Source of the DNA: Perkinsus chesapeaki ATCC PRA-425
Lineage: Eukaryota > Protista > Perkinsozoa
Reading direction: 5' to 3'
Assembly: GCA_013115145.1 (NCBI GenBank)
Contig: JAAPAO010000108.1
Coordinates: 11,493 to 75,492 of the forward strand
DNA length: 64,000 bases
Positions 1 through 11,429 of the stretch are shown in pieces. Position 1 is the stretch's first letter. The number at the start of each line of letters is the position of its first letter. A model generated the notes under the pieces. It was not told where the DNA came from and did no database searches. It worked only from the letters and a program-made list of their open reading frames with translations. Made by a program: the position numbers and the translations under genes.

Positions 1-196
1 TTTCATGGTACTCTTGCATCCTTCTTATTCAATGTTATTTACATGTTGTAAATTACATTTTAATGACCGACGGTATCACCACTATTTTTTGGGCGAGCGA
101 GGTCGTTCCTGCGCTTTTCCATAATTGAAGAGCGCATGATTACTATCCAGTAAACATGGCCGCTAAATCTCCCATCAGGTCTCATTTTTAAAGATC

Positions 197-1385
197 ATGC
201 CTCTACGTTATATTATTAACATTGTGTTGGTGTTGTACTGTGTAGAAGGTTATCAGTTAGAAGCAGTTGATGGGCGAGAGGGCTGGCTTCAAGACCATAA
301 CTACTATAGATGCCTACATCACGCACCTCCATTAAGTTGGGATAATAAACTAGCTGCACTGTAACATTATCACTCAATCTTCAATCCCTACGATTAGTTA
401 AATACCTCAACGTTCCCTCAGTCGGACTTTTGGGAATCTTTTCGTCCTGCTAACCGTTTGCTAGAGCAACCCTGAAACTGCTCTACACCTTTTTAACATA
501 TATTTCGACAAAACTAACTTCAATTTCGTCCACCTGTCCAACTTGAAATTACTATTCGCCAAATAAATCTTTAAAATGTGTAGATCAGCACTGTATGCGT
601 AAAGACGATAATGTAATCAATTGAGCGTTTCAGCACACTACGTGGTTCCATTCGCTCTATTTCTCGACTTCGTTTACTATATTTGTTCAGATCCAAGGAC
701 TATGCCAACGAGCTGGCAAGGAAGAAAGCTTTGGTCCATTCCCCCAGCTACGATATGAAACCTCCCCATGGGGAGAACCTTGCCTTCGGTTACGGTCGAG
801 CTCCGGACTACTGCAGCAAGCGAAGCGGCTCTTACAACCAACATTGTTCGGTTATCAGTTGGTACCGAGAATACGATGAGTTTTGGATGTGCCGTAATGG
901 TGCTGAAGGCTGGAAGCAAGGCGGAGAGCCACTGGACGGCCTCGGACACTTCACCGCTATGGTGTGGAAGGGTATCAACATTATGGGCTGCGCTGCTAGT
1001 GATGACGAGAAGTACTTTGTATGTAAATACGGCCACACTGGCTGTCAAACGGACAAGTTCCAATGTGCCGAGTACTTTGATTATCGGGCGCCTCTAGGGC
1101 TGCCGAACGTCAACGTCGGTGATTGTCGTGGGACAGCTTGCCTGCAGTGCCGAGATGACACGACTTCGAGGCGGGAATACTGCGAGTCTCAAGGAGGGGT
1201 AGGTGCTCAATTCATGGCCCAGTTGCCAACATATCTCATCGTCAGACTGCCTCGTCATTCCAAAGTGCAGCATCATTGTCACCGGGTGCAGCGAGAGAAG
1301 TGGCCGCATTGGCCGAGCAGGAGATGGGGAGCACTGCTATCATGCGAATAAGACAGGCTGCAACGGCTTTCGAAAGGAACCCTAA
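197..1385 (+). CDS. Secreted CAP/SCP (PR-1-like) protein with Cys-rich C-terminus, paralog 1 (spliced)
   Basis: Exon 1 (197-360) gives signal-like MPLRYIINIVLVLYCVEG then GWLQDHNYYRCLHHAPPLSWDNKLAAL. It splices in frame via intron 361-689 to the ORF with GENLAFG...SWYREY...GHFTAMVWKGINIMGCA...YFVCKY, the CAP motifs. Confidence 0.9.
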
Positions 1386-1713
1386 CTCCGTGGTCCGACG
1401 GTTTGGGAAGTTCTTGAGAGCCGTCCATCATGACCTACAAGGCGTTATGAGATAGTGCAGTTCCTTATATACCGGAAGGCCACAGTGGAATGCATCTTTG
1501 TAGGCTGCTGTTGCTGCTAGGAGGTGTTACTGTTGGCGACTGAGTTCATTTTAGATATATACCCGAGCAGTATCCGAAGGTTAATAGATTCGGTATTTAG
1601 CAATGTTTGCATGATCTACTGTTATGTCCGTGCGTGTTGCTATCATGTGGCAATAATAATAGCAGTCCTCCAATTAACAGACAACTGCCCGCTTGTGTTG
1701 CTACCACCCTCGA

Positions 1714-2551
1714 ATGGTCAGTCTTTATGGTCAAGCCCCTTTTTTAATGAGACACCATTTGCTTATTGTGGTATATTATATGCCCGTAGCTGTAGGACTG
1801 TGGTCGAAGACGGGAGAAGAAGGATGGTTAGAAGATCACAACTACTATCGATGCCTACATCAAGCGGAACCGGTCAAGTGGAGCTCTGAGCTGGCCAGGA
1901 AGTAGATGACTACAGCTGCTCGTATCTATTATCTCTCTCAGGGCGAAACGGCATGCAGATTCTCTGAATGTTAAGTACCAAAGAGAACAATCGCTGTCCG
2001 GGGTGGAGCACTCGAATAGTTTCTTAACGGCACCCCCGAGCGGCGAGTCCATCGCATTCGGCCAAGGCAGGCCTCCTGCTGGCTGCGGCACAGCGAGCAC
2101 TCAATACGACCAGCATTGCGCGGTCTCGGCCTGGTGGGCAGAATACGAGGAGTACTTTCGAGGGCTCACCGATTGGACGCCTAGAACGAGCTACTTGAAA
2201 ATTGGCCACTTCGCTGCCCTGGTGTGGAAGGGAGTCGACCAGGTCGGATGTGCTCAATCTGGGTCCTTTTATGTTTGCGAGTACGGTAGCGCTCGGTGTC
2301 CTAGAAAAGCAGCTGACTGTATGGATCCTCCTTTGCCGGGGTATAACGTGGGGAAGTGCAAGAGCAAACTAGGGATGTGCATTAGCGACGCAGATATGTC
2401 AAAAAAAGAAGCATGCGCTGCAGCCGCAGTAGGCGACTTGGTTGCTATGGATAAGTTACGTTATTGTTTCCTTAGGCTGCAGAAGGCGGCAGTCGGACGT
2501 ACGCGGTATCCCATGGGGAGCAGAACCGTCGACTGGGTAGTGGTGAGTTGA
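1714..2551 (+). CDS. CAP/SCP protein, paralog 2 (spliced)
   Basis: GWLEDHNYYRCLHQAEPVKWSSELA and GESIAFG...AWWAEY...GHFAALVWKGVDQVGCA..FYVCEY; clear tandem paralog of 197-1385. Confidence 0.85.
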
Positions 2552-2619
2552 TCGTGGTCTCTGTGAAGAGCGGCAGTAGCAGGGTAAGGTTGTCAACTTA
2601 CTAAGCAACGTGCCTGTCA

Positions 2620-3251
2620 GGTGTCTATACCGCTCCTTACTCTAGCGGGGATGGTGTTATGGCTTTCACTCTTCTTTTGTTAGCATGCATTCAATCGCAT
2701 GCAGTAACCTTTTGGTGTGATACTAACTTCTTGTGTTATCAAGTCGACACTCAACACAACTTAGAACTAGCCAACGGCCAACAAGCCTTTAACAACGAAT
2801 GTTTGTCGCACGAACTAATGAGCACGAAGCTTCCGGTTGCTGAATGCTCCATCCACCAATGAGGATATTCCCATAGTCAACTTGGACATGCCTTGATCAG
2901 CTATGCATAGCGCATGGGTGAAGGTCCGCCAAGCAGTGGCTTGGGGATCCTCGTTTAGTTCACTGCAGGTCTTACTTGTCTCTCCTCTTTTAGCCGCGTT
3001 CTTCTCTTCATCGGAAAGTCTGAGAAATGACGCCAGATCCTAGGGCTGTATCCACATCAATCGTACGGCTTCCATCGATTGCCACTATTGCAAGTGTATT
3101 CGGTGGGTACTAAAACCCCGTTTGTTAGCTCGAAGCGTAGCCCACGACCGTTGGACATGAGCGTGCATTGCTGGTCAGCGCTACCGCAACCGTGTAAAGT
3201 AGAGATTAGCAGTAATGAGATTGCAAGAATGATAACGTGGAAATGATGCAT
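2620..3251 (-). CDS. Small predicted secreted protein (3' extent uncertain)
   Basis: ATG at 3251; hydrophobic signal MHHFHVIILAISLLLISTLHGCGS followed by a Cys-containing region. Confidence 0.5.
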
Positions 3252-3662
3252 TAAAGAGGCTTTGGATAAAAACTAACGACGGTTTATGCCACATAACTTT
3301 TCAAGTTAGAAAAGCTTCAAGACCAGTCATTGGCGACAACTGAGCGGCTGATGATTTTCCGAGCGGTATTCGCATTCCGAGAATCGGTGAAGTGTATCTT
3401 CTTCATTCCTCAGTCGCTAGCAGCGACTCCCTCCCCAAGGCACAAGTTTGATTGCCAGCGATCAGGTTTTTGGGCGAGCGAGATAGATCCTACGTCGGCG
3501 GAGCGAAGCGATGCATCTTGTGCACTTTCGAGCAAGACTTTGCCTCTTTGACTGACATGCCCGCCGGAGGTTCCATGTTTTGGCATCTGAAAATTAACTG
3601 TATAACTCATCAATGAAGAGCCGACATCAAGATGCTGCTGTCAGTTGCTTTTCTCGTTCAAA

Positions 3663-4323
3663 ATGATTAAGTTCATTTTGATGGTGAATAAACAAGGCCA
3701 AACACGCCTTGCCAAGTATGCGGATTTCCTTACGATTAAGTAATGGTGGGAGCGGCTATGCGGGGGATGTTCACTGATAGCTGAACGTCATACTTTTTTA
3801 CGGTGATATTGTTTAGGGAGCGACAGGCAATAGAGAACGAGCTCATCCGAAAATGCCTATCAAGAAGCGAGAGCCAATGTAGTTTCCTAGAGTACCGAAA
3901 CTACAAAGTAGTCCATTTCTAGGGAGCATCTTGGACAGCATTGTTTACGTTAATAGGTTATCTATCGCCGATACGCATCACTTTACTTCATTATGGGAGT
4001 TGATGGCTCAGATGAAGATAATGAGCTTGCTTATTTAGAGTTCATACACACCTTGGTGGAGACACTTGATAAGTAATACTATTATCTACTATCACTTTTG
4101 CAGATAATAATTGTCAGATACTTCGAGAACGTGTGTGAACTTGACATTATGTTTAATTTGGAGAAGGCGCACTTCATATTGGATGAGATGCTCGCCAATG
4201 GTTGCATTGAGGAGACTAATAAGGCTAATGTATTATTCGGGTTTAGGTGGCATAGGTAGTAGTTTCCTTTAGATTCTAGCTCCGTTGTATCTTCTCGATA
4301 AGCACGGTGATGGCTCAAGCTAA
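3663..4323 (+). CDS. AP4S1: AP-4 adaptor complex sigma subunit (5 exons)
   Basis: Spliced translation [19 protein letters not shown]...[26 protein letters not shown]...[60 protein letters not shown]; the [11 protein letters not shown]-terminus is AP4S1-like. Confidence 0.9.
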
Positions 4324-4409
4324 TAGTGTTACTATTCCGTATTGTTTCTATTTTCCATCTTTCCCTTTGAGTTCTATAGTTTGTTTTTATTTACTCTTAA
4401 AACGCTACA

Positions 4410-7400
4410 AAGACATACAAGGAAATAGGCATTGCTTGCACGTGGTGCTGCTGCTGTTGTTATTGATAGAAGTTTCACTTAATTTATCATCCGGCAACTG
4501 GCCGATCCGCCCCGCCATTGGCGTCGCCTGAACCACTTAATAAAGGAGGCTACCAAACGCTTGCCAAGCTACTGGTCCTTCGGCCCTGTTCCTCAGCGTC
4601 CCGCATTAGATTCTTCCATCCTTGCCGCTCGTCAGAATCGTTCACATACACCCCCATATATTCTCCTGTACAGTGATATGCATACAAGGCTGGAATGAGC
4701 TACACTTACCAACTTCAGCGAAGCCTACTATTTGGCACACTGTTTGGACTATCCGTTTAATGCTATCATCGGATTTGATAGCACTGCTGCTTTGAGCAAG
4801 GGCGCCGTCAGGTGATATGTCACCCATGGATCCGCTTTCAACCAGTTCGCCTACGATTAAACATGAGCGGAGCGATGCAAATGAAGTACGGGAAGTGTGG
4901 CGGGACTCTACAAATAGCCGGTGGATGTGGTCTTGGACGACTTGGAGTAATCGGAATGTTCTAACCTCGCAATCTGATAAGAAACAATAGCAGAGGAGCG
5001 GTGCCACCAGTGTTGGAAGGTGATACCTTTACGATGTTGAGGAACGAGATAGTTCTTCAAATTACGATTAAGTTTATCTATGCATCGAGTGATAAGGACG
5101 CGGAGCTGGTCCTTGCGCTCATCCTCTCGGGAGAGCTCTAGTAGTGCCTGGAAGCATCCGAGTTCGATCCCCGGCAGGGGTATTTAATTCCTTCACCTTG
5201 TAGACTATGGTGGTCTCAGCATTACTCATTGCTGTCACTACTGCCATATTGGCCCTTTGCCAGTCTGCGTAATGTTTATGGCGAAACTCTCGATCAGAGA
5301 GGGACTAAGTGAGCTCATTAGAATAGGGTGGAAATGGCGTCCTACCACAAGTAGGGCTCTTAAGAAGTTCTTAATACTAGTGGACCTGAAAGATACCACA
5401 GTAGACCACAGCACAGACGGGAGAGCATACCTGCACTCATCGAGGGCTGTTGCCGATGTCGCGAGGAAGTTAGCAAGATCCAGCACTCGCTCTGGAATAA
5501 GATATTCAAACTAGTGACAGCTCCTCCTCACCTGAGCTCTCCACATCGGCACCGTGTCTCGCTATCAATGTGAGTTCAACAGCGCAGGCGGCTGCATTGA
5601 GGAAGGCATCGCAGTGGCTTAACATTTTCTGAAAGACGGCCAGATGGGCAACACACCATGAATGAAGCTCACCCTGGGATCTGATTCCCCCGCTTCTTTA
5701 GTCTTCTTGCTGAGTTCACCAATCTCAACACCGTCACCGTCACCTTGCAGAAATACCATGGAGGGATGTGCCTATGGGCCGGCTCACCTCCCCGAAGCAG
5801 AGCCTCGCAAGCGGCAGCTAGCTCATCAGCTGGTGTTGTCGAACGAATGGACCAATCGCTTTCTGTTGAGAGCATACATGGCGGAATCAGAGTGAGCGAA
5901 GGCCGACCTCCGGATACCCTTCCTGGGCACGCCGGATCGATGGGCATCCCTGGAATCCTGAAGTTGGAGCTCTCCACCAGGGAAGGAGCATCCATTGAAG
6001 AGGAGGCCATCGAATGTTGCTAAAGGAGAGCTGCTTCATACAGCGGCATCCATTCTCACCTCGATGAGATGCACTGAGGTATGCGAGCATTGCTCCGAGG
6101 AGTAGCCCTGCTCCTTGCCGGGCGAGCTCACCCGCGGCTGGCCGGCATCAGATAGGGCTGCCAGAGGCGTCTGAGCATGCTTTCTGAACCCCTCTTTGTA
6201 GTTCAATGCTGACCTCTCGCAAAGTGGGTGGCGGTAGTCCCTTGTTTCTTGCCATCATTGCCGCTTGCTGAGGTTGCTGTTTTTGCATCTTGCTGTGTGG
6301 CGGAGATACTATAGTCGAAGTGACGGCCCTCGATGGTGCCTCCGCGCTGCTAGGCAGAGCCGGAAGGGCCGGTGCAGCCGAGTGCATAGGAGCTGACAAA
6401 AGCCTCAAACCAGACCCGGGACTGATGCAGCCAGCCCACCTCCAACTCTAGTGAGAGCGCGTCTATGTCCAGCGACGGGTCTTGCTATGCCAGAAGGGCC
6501 GACACGCCTTCCTGGTGGGGGTGCATGGATCCTTGATGATGTGCTGTTACTAGCATTATCATCATTAATTGAACCTATATCAGCACATACCGTAGCACTC
6601 GCCAATCAAAGGCTTACAGTCTCCTCCCTTTTCAAGAAGCCACTTGTCGAACTTGCTGTTCAGCGCGTTCCTGTGGTCCTGCTTCAATGGGAACCCTGCC
6701 ATTTGGTATTAACATATACGGTACCAGCCTCCTGAGGAAGCCTTCATCATCACCGTGCCTCACCTGGCTCCATAAGTATCTCTCTAAGCCTTGGGATGGT
6801 CTCCTCAGTACCAGTGCTCCGTACCTATTCCTTAGTCAATCCCCCCACCGCGGCTAAGCTGGCCTACAAAGTGCCCTATAGCAGCCTGCGCGAACTCTCT
6901 CACGGCAGCGTCCTTATCATTATATAGGGACATCAGCACTCTACCGACATCCTTCACTCCTCGACCTGTTGTCACCGTGCCTGAGAGCTATGCCCTACGC
7001 CGCCGGTCTAATGTAGGGGGGCGTCACCTTGGTGCTGGGCGAGGATACCAATCAGGAGCTCCAGACAGTCGGCCACGGACTTCTTATTTTTACTAGTTTG
7101 AATGCAGCTGATGAGCATCGGTACCATCGCCTTCGGTGAGACCAGAGCCTCAGAGTTTATGAAGTGTGTGGTGACCAAAGCCTTTATGTGAGATCGGAAA
7201 GCTGCCATTTTATGGCCCATACGGTCCAGCAGTGAGGGGATCAGTACATGGCATTCTCGCTCGGTAAAGGGTCTGACGAGGACATGGCTCGGTGGCTCAG
7301 TTGGGATGGGCTTGCCTGGATAGAGTTGGCAGCATGGCATCGAAGAGATCGAGCATTGACTTCCACACCTGAGGGTTGTCCTTACAAGTTGACAGCAGCC

Positions 7401-10400
7401 AAGTGCACCATTTGGTTAGCAAGTCGAAGACCTGTGAGAGGCGGACTGCAGCTAACGAGATCCAACAGTGTCCCCACCTCGTCGAGAAGTGACTTCTCCG
7501 CTTCATCAACGGTGCGGTAGTGATCGGCCCAGAAGTCTATGGCGATGACGAACTCGGCAAAGGCTCCACGAGGAGCAAACATCTTTTCTGTACGGAGTAG
7601 CATGTGAACTTCACCGTTGTGCTCTGAGCTTACGCAGTAGTAAGGCGCTGCAAGCGTCATGGGTATTGACGCTCTGGTTCCACTGGTTATGCATTGCAGA
7701 CACCAACGCCTCTGGGATGTCCTCAACCGGCCTGGGGAGGAAATGATATTGGCAAGTGTTAGTTAATATTATTAAAGGACTCGATGGTAAATTATATAAA
7801 TGTTATCAAGTTATATATGTATTATCAGCATAATACTTTGTATGTAATTAATCTTTACAATCATTTATTTTCATGATCTTAATAAATATAAGATCTTATT
7901 ATATATATAAGAATATAATATCAATTATATTATAGACCATTTTATAGCCGGCCGGCATCTTACCACATGGAATGTTTCTCATTGTGTTGCCTTCTCAATC
8001 GAGACCCCGCTGCTGGCACGAGTTCAACACCTATATGGAGGCTTCGGTGCCTCGTTACTGCACTTAGCCCATCACCTAGAGCTGCACCGGCATCAATGGT
8101 GCTGCTTGAGGATGTTAGCGTGGCTTGTCTAAGCAGGCCGCCGCCACCGCCGGTCCTGCCAGAGTCAGCTACTGTGAAGAGCAGCCTCAGCCACTCACCT
8201 TGGTCCAGCAACACCAGCTTGACCTTGAGCACCGGGCCTGCTGGTAACATCGGGATCATACAAGGAGGAAGGGCTTACCTCCCTCGAGGCCGTGATGTCG
8301 CCCTTGGAATTGCTGGTCGTCCTAGCAACCCTCGGGCACCAGTCCCCTTGCCACAGGACGAAGCTGCAGTCTGGCAAAAGCAATATAAAGCTGGTGACAT
8401 TCCAGCTTACGGGAGTAACAGATGTTGAGCCCGAAGCTGCGCTACAGGGCAGCGCGGCAGCTGGGGACTCCAACGGAGGCCGCCGAACCACCTATCGGGC
8501 CAAGTCTAGCCAACAGTGTTCATGCTTCCAGAGCTACTGGTTTGACATTCATTCGGCTACTAGTCCCAGGGGCCTTGCTCCCTCCAGGGACTCGCACTCT
8601 CCGGCTTGCTGTAGACTCCACAGAGATCTCCCGAACTCTGGAACCTTGGCCGCCGCCACTCGCTGGCGTCGATCCCGTACGTATCGTCGGCACACCTGTC
8701 AAATGCTCGCTTGGGATTACCAGTTTGGTAGGCCCCACTGGGTTTGGTATTTGCTGCAGCCAGAGGAGTGCTGGCCACTTTAAGGCACTTCATCCTCTCC
8801 TCCACAGCCTTCCGCCTGGCTGCGGTCATCGAATGCAACTTGGTGAGCAAGACTCCTTGCAGGCTGTCATCTTGTGTTAGTATCTGATGACGAAGATGCC
8901 TCCTCATAGCGAGGCCCGCCAGACACCGACTAGATCTCCCAGCACACATGCGGCCTCTCGCACAGTCTTATCTGATTCATCCAGACACGGCAAGAGCACA
9001 GTCTCGGCCATCGGGAGAAGGAGCTCAGACGACACGAAGGGCAAGGCTCGAGAGCATATACCTAGAACCTGCGGAAGGGCGAATTAGAAAATCTCCTCGG
9101 CAAGAAAAGTCGAAGGCCTTCGACCAGACGTTTGTAATTGAAGATGGTATATGTCGTAAAGTGTATTAAAGAAGTAAGATTGTTGTATATTTGGCAAGAT
9201 CATGAGGAGTAGGAGGCGAATGCTTTGACCTCCCGTCGGCCTATCGGGTTCTTGTCGTTGATAACTCCAGCAAACTCCTCAACCAGACGACTGTCGAGAG
9301 ATAGTGACTGATACTTTAGTAAGGCATCGATGCAACCAGTGGCCTGAATACGGATATGAATTTCATGGCGCAGTGACTTTTCAACTCGCCTGTCTCAGAA
9401 CTCCAGCATTCTTGTCCTTCACTTTGGTCAACATCGTCGAAAAGAGCATCCTGCTGTGGGGCACTTCCCCCCTCAAGCCATTAGCCACCGCACACAAGGC
9501 ACTGCCAAGCCAATGGGAAATCGGCGACCTGCGTTCCTACCTGCATGCCTCTGTTGCGACCGGGATGTTCTGGTCCAACTTAACAACCTTCATAAGGCAT
9601 TGAATAACATTGGGAGCGGAGGAGTCACCGGAGGTCTGACAGAGGCTACTTGTGAGTAGGTAAGGACGACCAGACTGATGACCAGTTTCCTGTGCTTAGT
9701 GGCCAGTGCAGTGAGCTGGGCAATGGCAGCCCTCTTCTCTACCCATTTAGTGGCGGAGGTAACTTGCGACACCTGAGCGAGTCTTGAACTATCTCATCGG
9801 AAAATAGGCTGATCAGCTCCGAATGGAGCTTCACTCTCGAGAGATAAGCAAGACAATGACATTCTGCTAGGGCACTTGATCGGTCCCAGTGTGGCTGCAG
9901 CCCCTGGCTCACAAAGTCTTTGGGAAGCATCTTGAAAATGTCTTGGGGCTGCAACATGTCATAGGCGGCATCCTCGGTGGACTGTACGGTCGTCTTGCTG
10001 GAGTCCATGGCTCCACTGGCATCACCTTCTATACAGGGGTATGCAGGATAAGCGGAGCTGTTGAGGCTCACCTTGAGAAGGCTTAGAGCCATGCGGGAAC
10101 TTAGTTGGCTTCTCTGAAAACAGTAATGAAGCTACAAAGGGGGGCGGCCTGGCCTTACTCGGCTGACACTCTCCTAGCTTCTCACAGCGCGTCTTGAACT
10201 CCTTCATCTGGTTGTCGGGAAGACCATTACCGCAGGCATCAGCGTCTGGCAACCATTGGTAGAGCTCCACCAATAAGGAGTATCTGAAGATATGCGATAC
10301 GATGATACTCTACATCAGTTCCTTGCAGCATTTCTCCGCCGAAGTGAAATGAGTAGATAAATAATAATAATGGTAGTTTATGATTCTCTCCCCCCTACCC

Positions 10401-11400
10401 GGCCTCCCGGACGCCCCTATCAGTGCTGCCACAAGCCTCCACCCCAATGCTCAGGAACTCCTTAGGAGGGACCACGGCCATCTGATGATGAGGAGGAGGA
10501 GGAGCTGCTGGACTACTGAGTTCCATAACATCTACCCCGAATGCTTCTAGTAGGCTTGTGAGTGCCGCCAGACAGCCTGATATCTGTTTGTTCATTATCC
10601 CCTTCGATGGCATCTTCTTCCCCTTTGGTGGCTTCAGTAGATCCCGAGCATGCTCACATACCCCTTCGACCACCTCCTGCCAAAGCTCCGTCCGGCATCT
10701 CAAGCGTCGGTGTTACCTTTGCCAGGCCCGATTGCCCTTCTATAGAGCGGGCCAGGCACTCCACTGCAGATGTCTGGATCTTCGGATTGCCCGCCATGTA
10801 CTTCTCTAGGAGGCCAGAGAGGAAGGGCGCTATCGCGAAGCCGGGCCCATGGGTGCATGCCTAATATCAATATGGCCTTCAGCAGATATGCGAAAGAATT
10901 TTGAAGACGAAGCAATAGTAGTTCCTTGAAAATTCGACGACCTGACGTATGTGTAGGTTACTAACCTTCACGTGAGGGGGGTAAGTTGCGGTATTTAAAC
11001 CCGCCGAAGTACTTTTCATGATCGACCATAGGGGCAGAGAGGAACGATTCTTACGGCAATGGCTTTGCAGGCGCCCTCCTGGCTTCTAGGGTTGGTCTCG
11101 CTGGTCACCACCGAGGCATGCGCCATAAGCAACTCCACCGCCAACTTTTGCTTATCTGTGTCCTCCCCAGAGAATATCTCATCTATTTCATTATAGCCGC
11201 TGAGAGATATTCCTCCAGGAATCTTCGGAGTCCCATGGGCGTACCTCAACCTAGCTTGCCATTGCTTCTCCTTAAGTCTGTCCTCCAAACTCACGCTGCT
11301 GTAGTCTGGCTCGGCCTCTGCCAGCTCGGCTTCCGATGGGATGCCCCCTTGGGTTAGCGGGGCAGCAGCAGCAGCTGGCATCGAGCATGCCTCTGGTGCA
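4410..11400 (-). CDS. XMAP215: XMAP215/ch-TOG/MOR1 microtubule polymerase (multi-exon; TOG1, TOG2, TOG5-like, C-terminal helical domain)
   Basis: TOG1: SLEDRLKEKQWQARLR, SETNPRSQEGACKAI, VELYQWL. TOG2: AYDMLQPQDIFKMLPKDF, KVVKLDQNIPV, LTKVKDKNAGV, LDESDKTVREAA. TOG5-like: DLLTKWCTWLL, ERECHVLIPSLLDRMGHK, SKNKKSVADCLELL, YNDKDAAVRE. C-terminal domain: ECRYAL, ANMAVVTAMSNAETTIVYKALLEL, LRVLITRCIDKLN. Ends approximate. Confidence 0.88.
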
Positions 11401-11429
11401 ACTGACAGTGACTGCAGAGTCATGGCCCA

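Noticed and set aside
5109-5182. tRNA-like cloverleaf (GCTC...GAGC D-stem, GTTCGATCC T-loop)
   Set aside because: No U8, 12-nt D-loop, 6-nt anticodon loop and a T-stem mismatch. It straddles an exon (ALLELSREDERKDQLRVLITRC) and an intron of XMAP215 on the minus strand, so it is probably coincidental; tRNAscan-SE would settle it.
5207-5514. Plus-strand signal-peptide-like small gene
   Set aside because: Antisense to the MOR1-like C-terminal exons of XMAP215, which are the better-supported frames.
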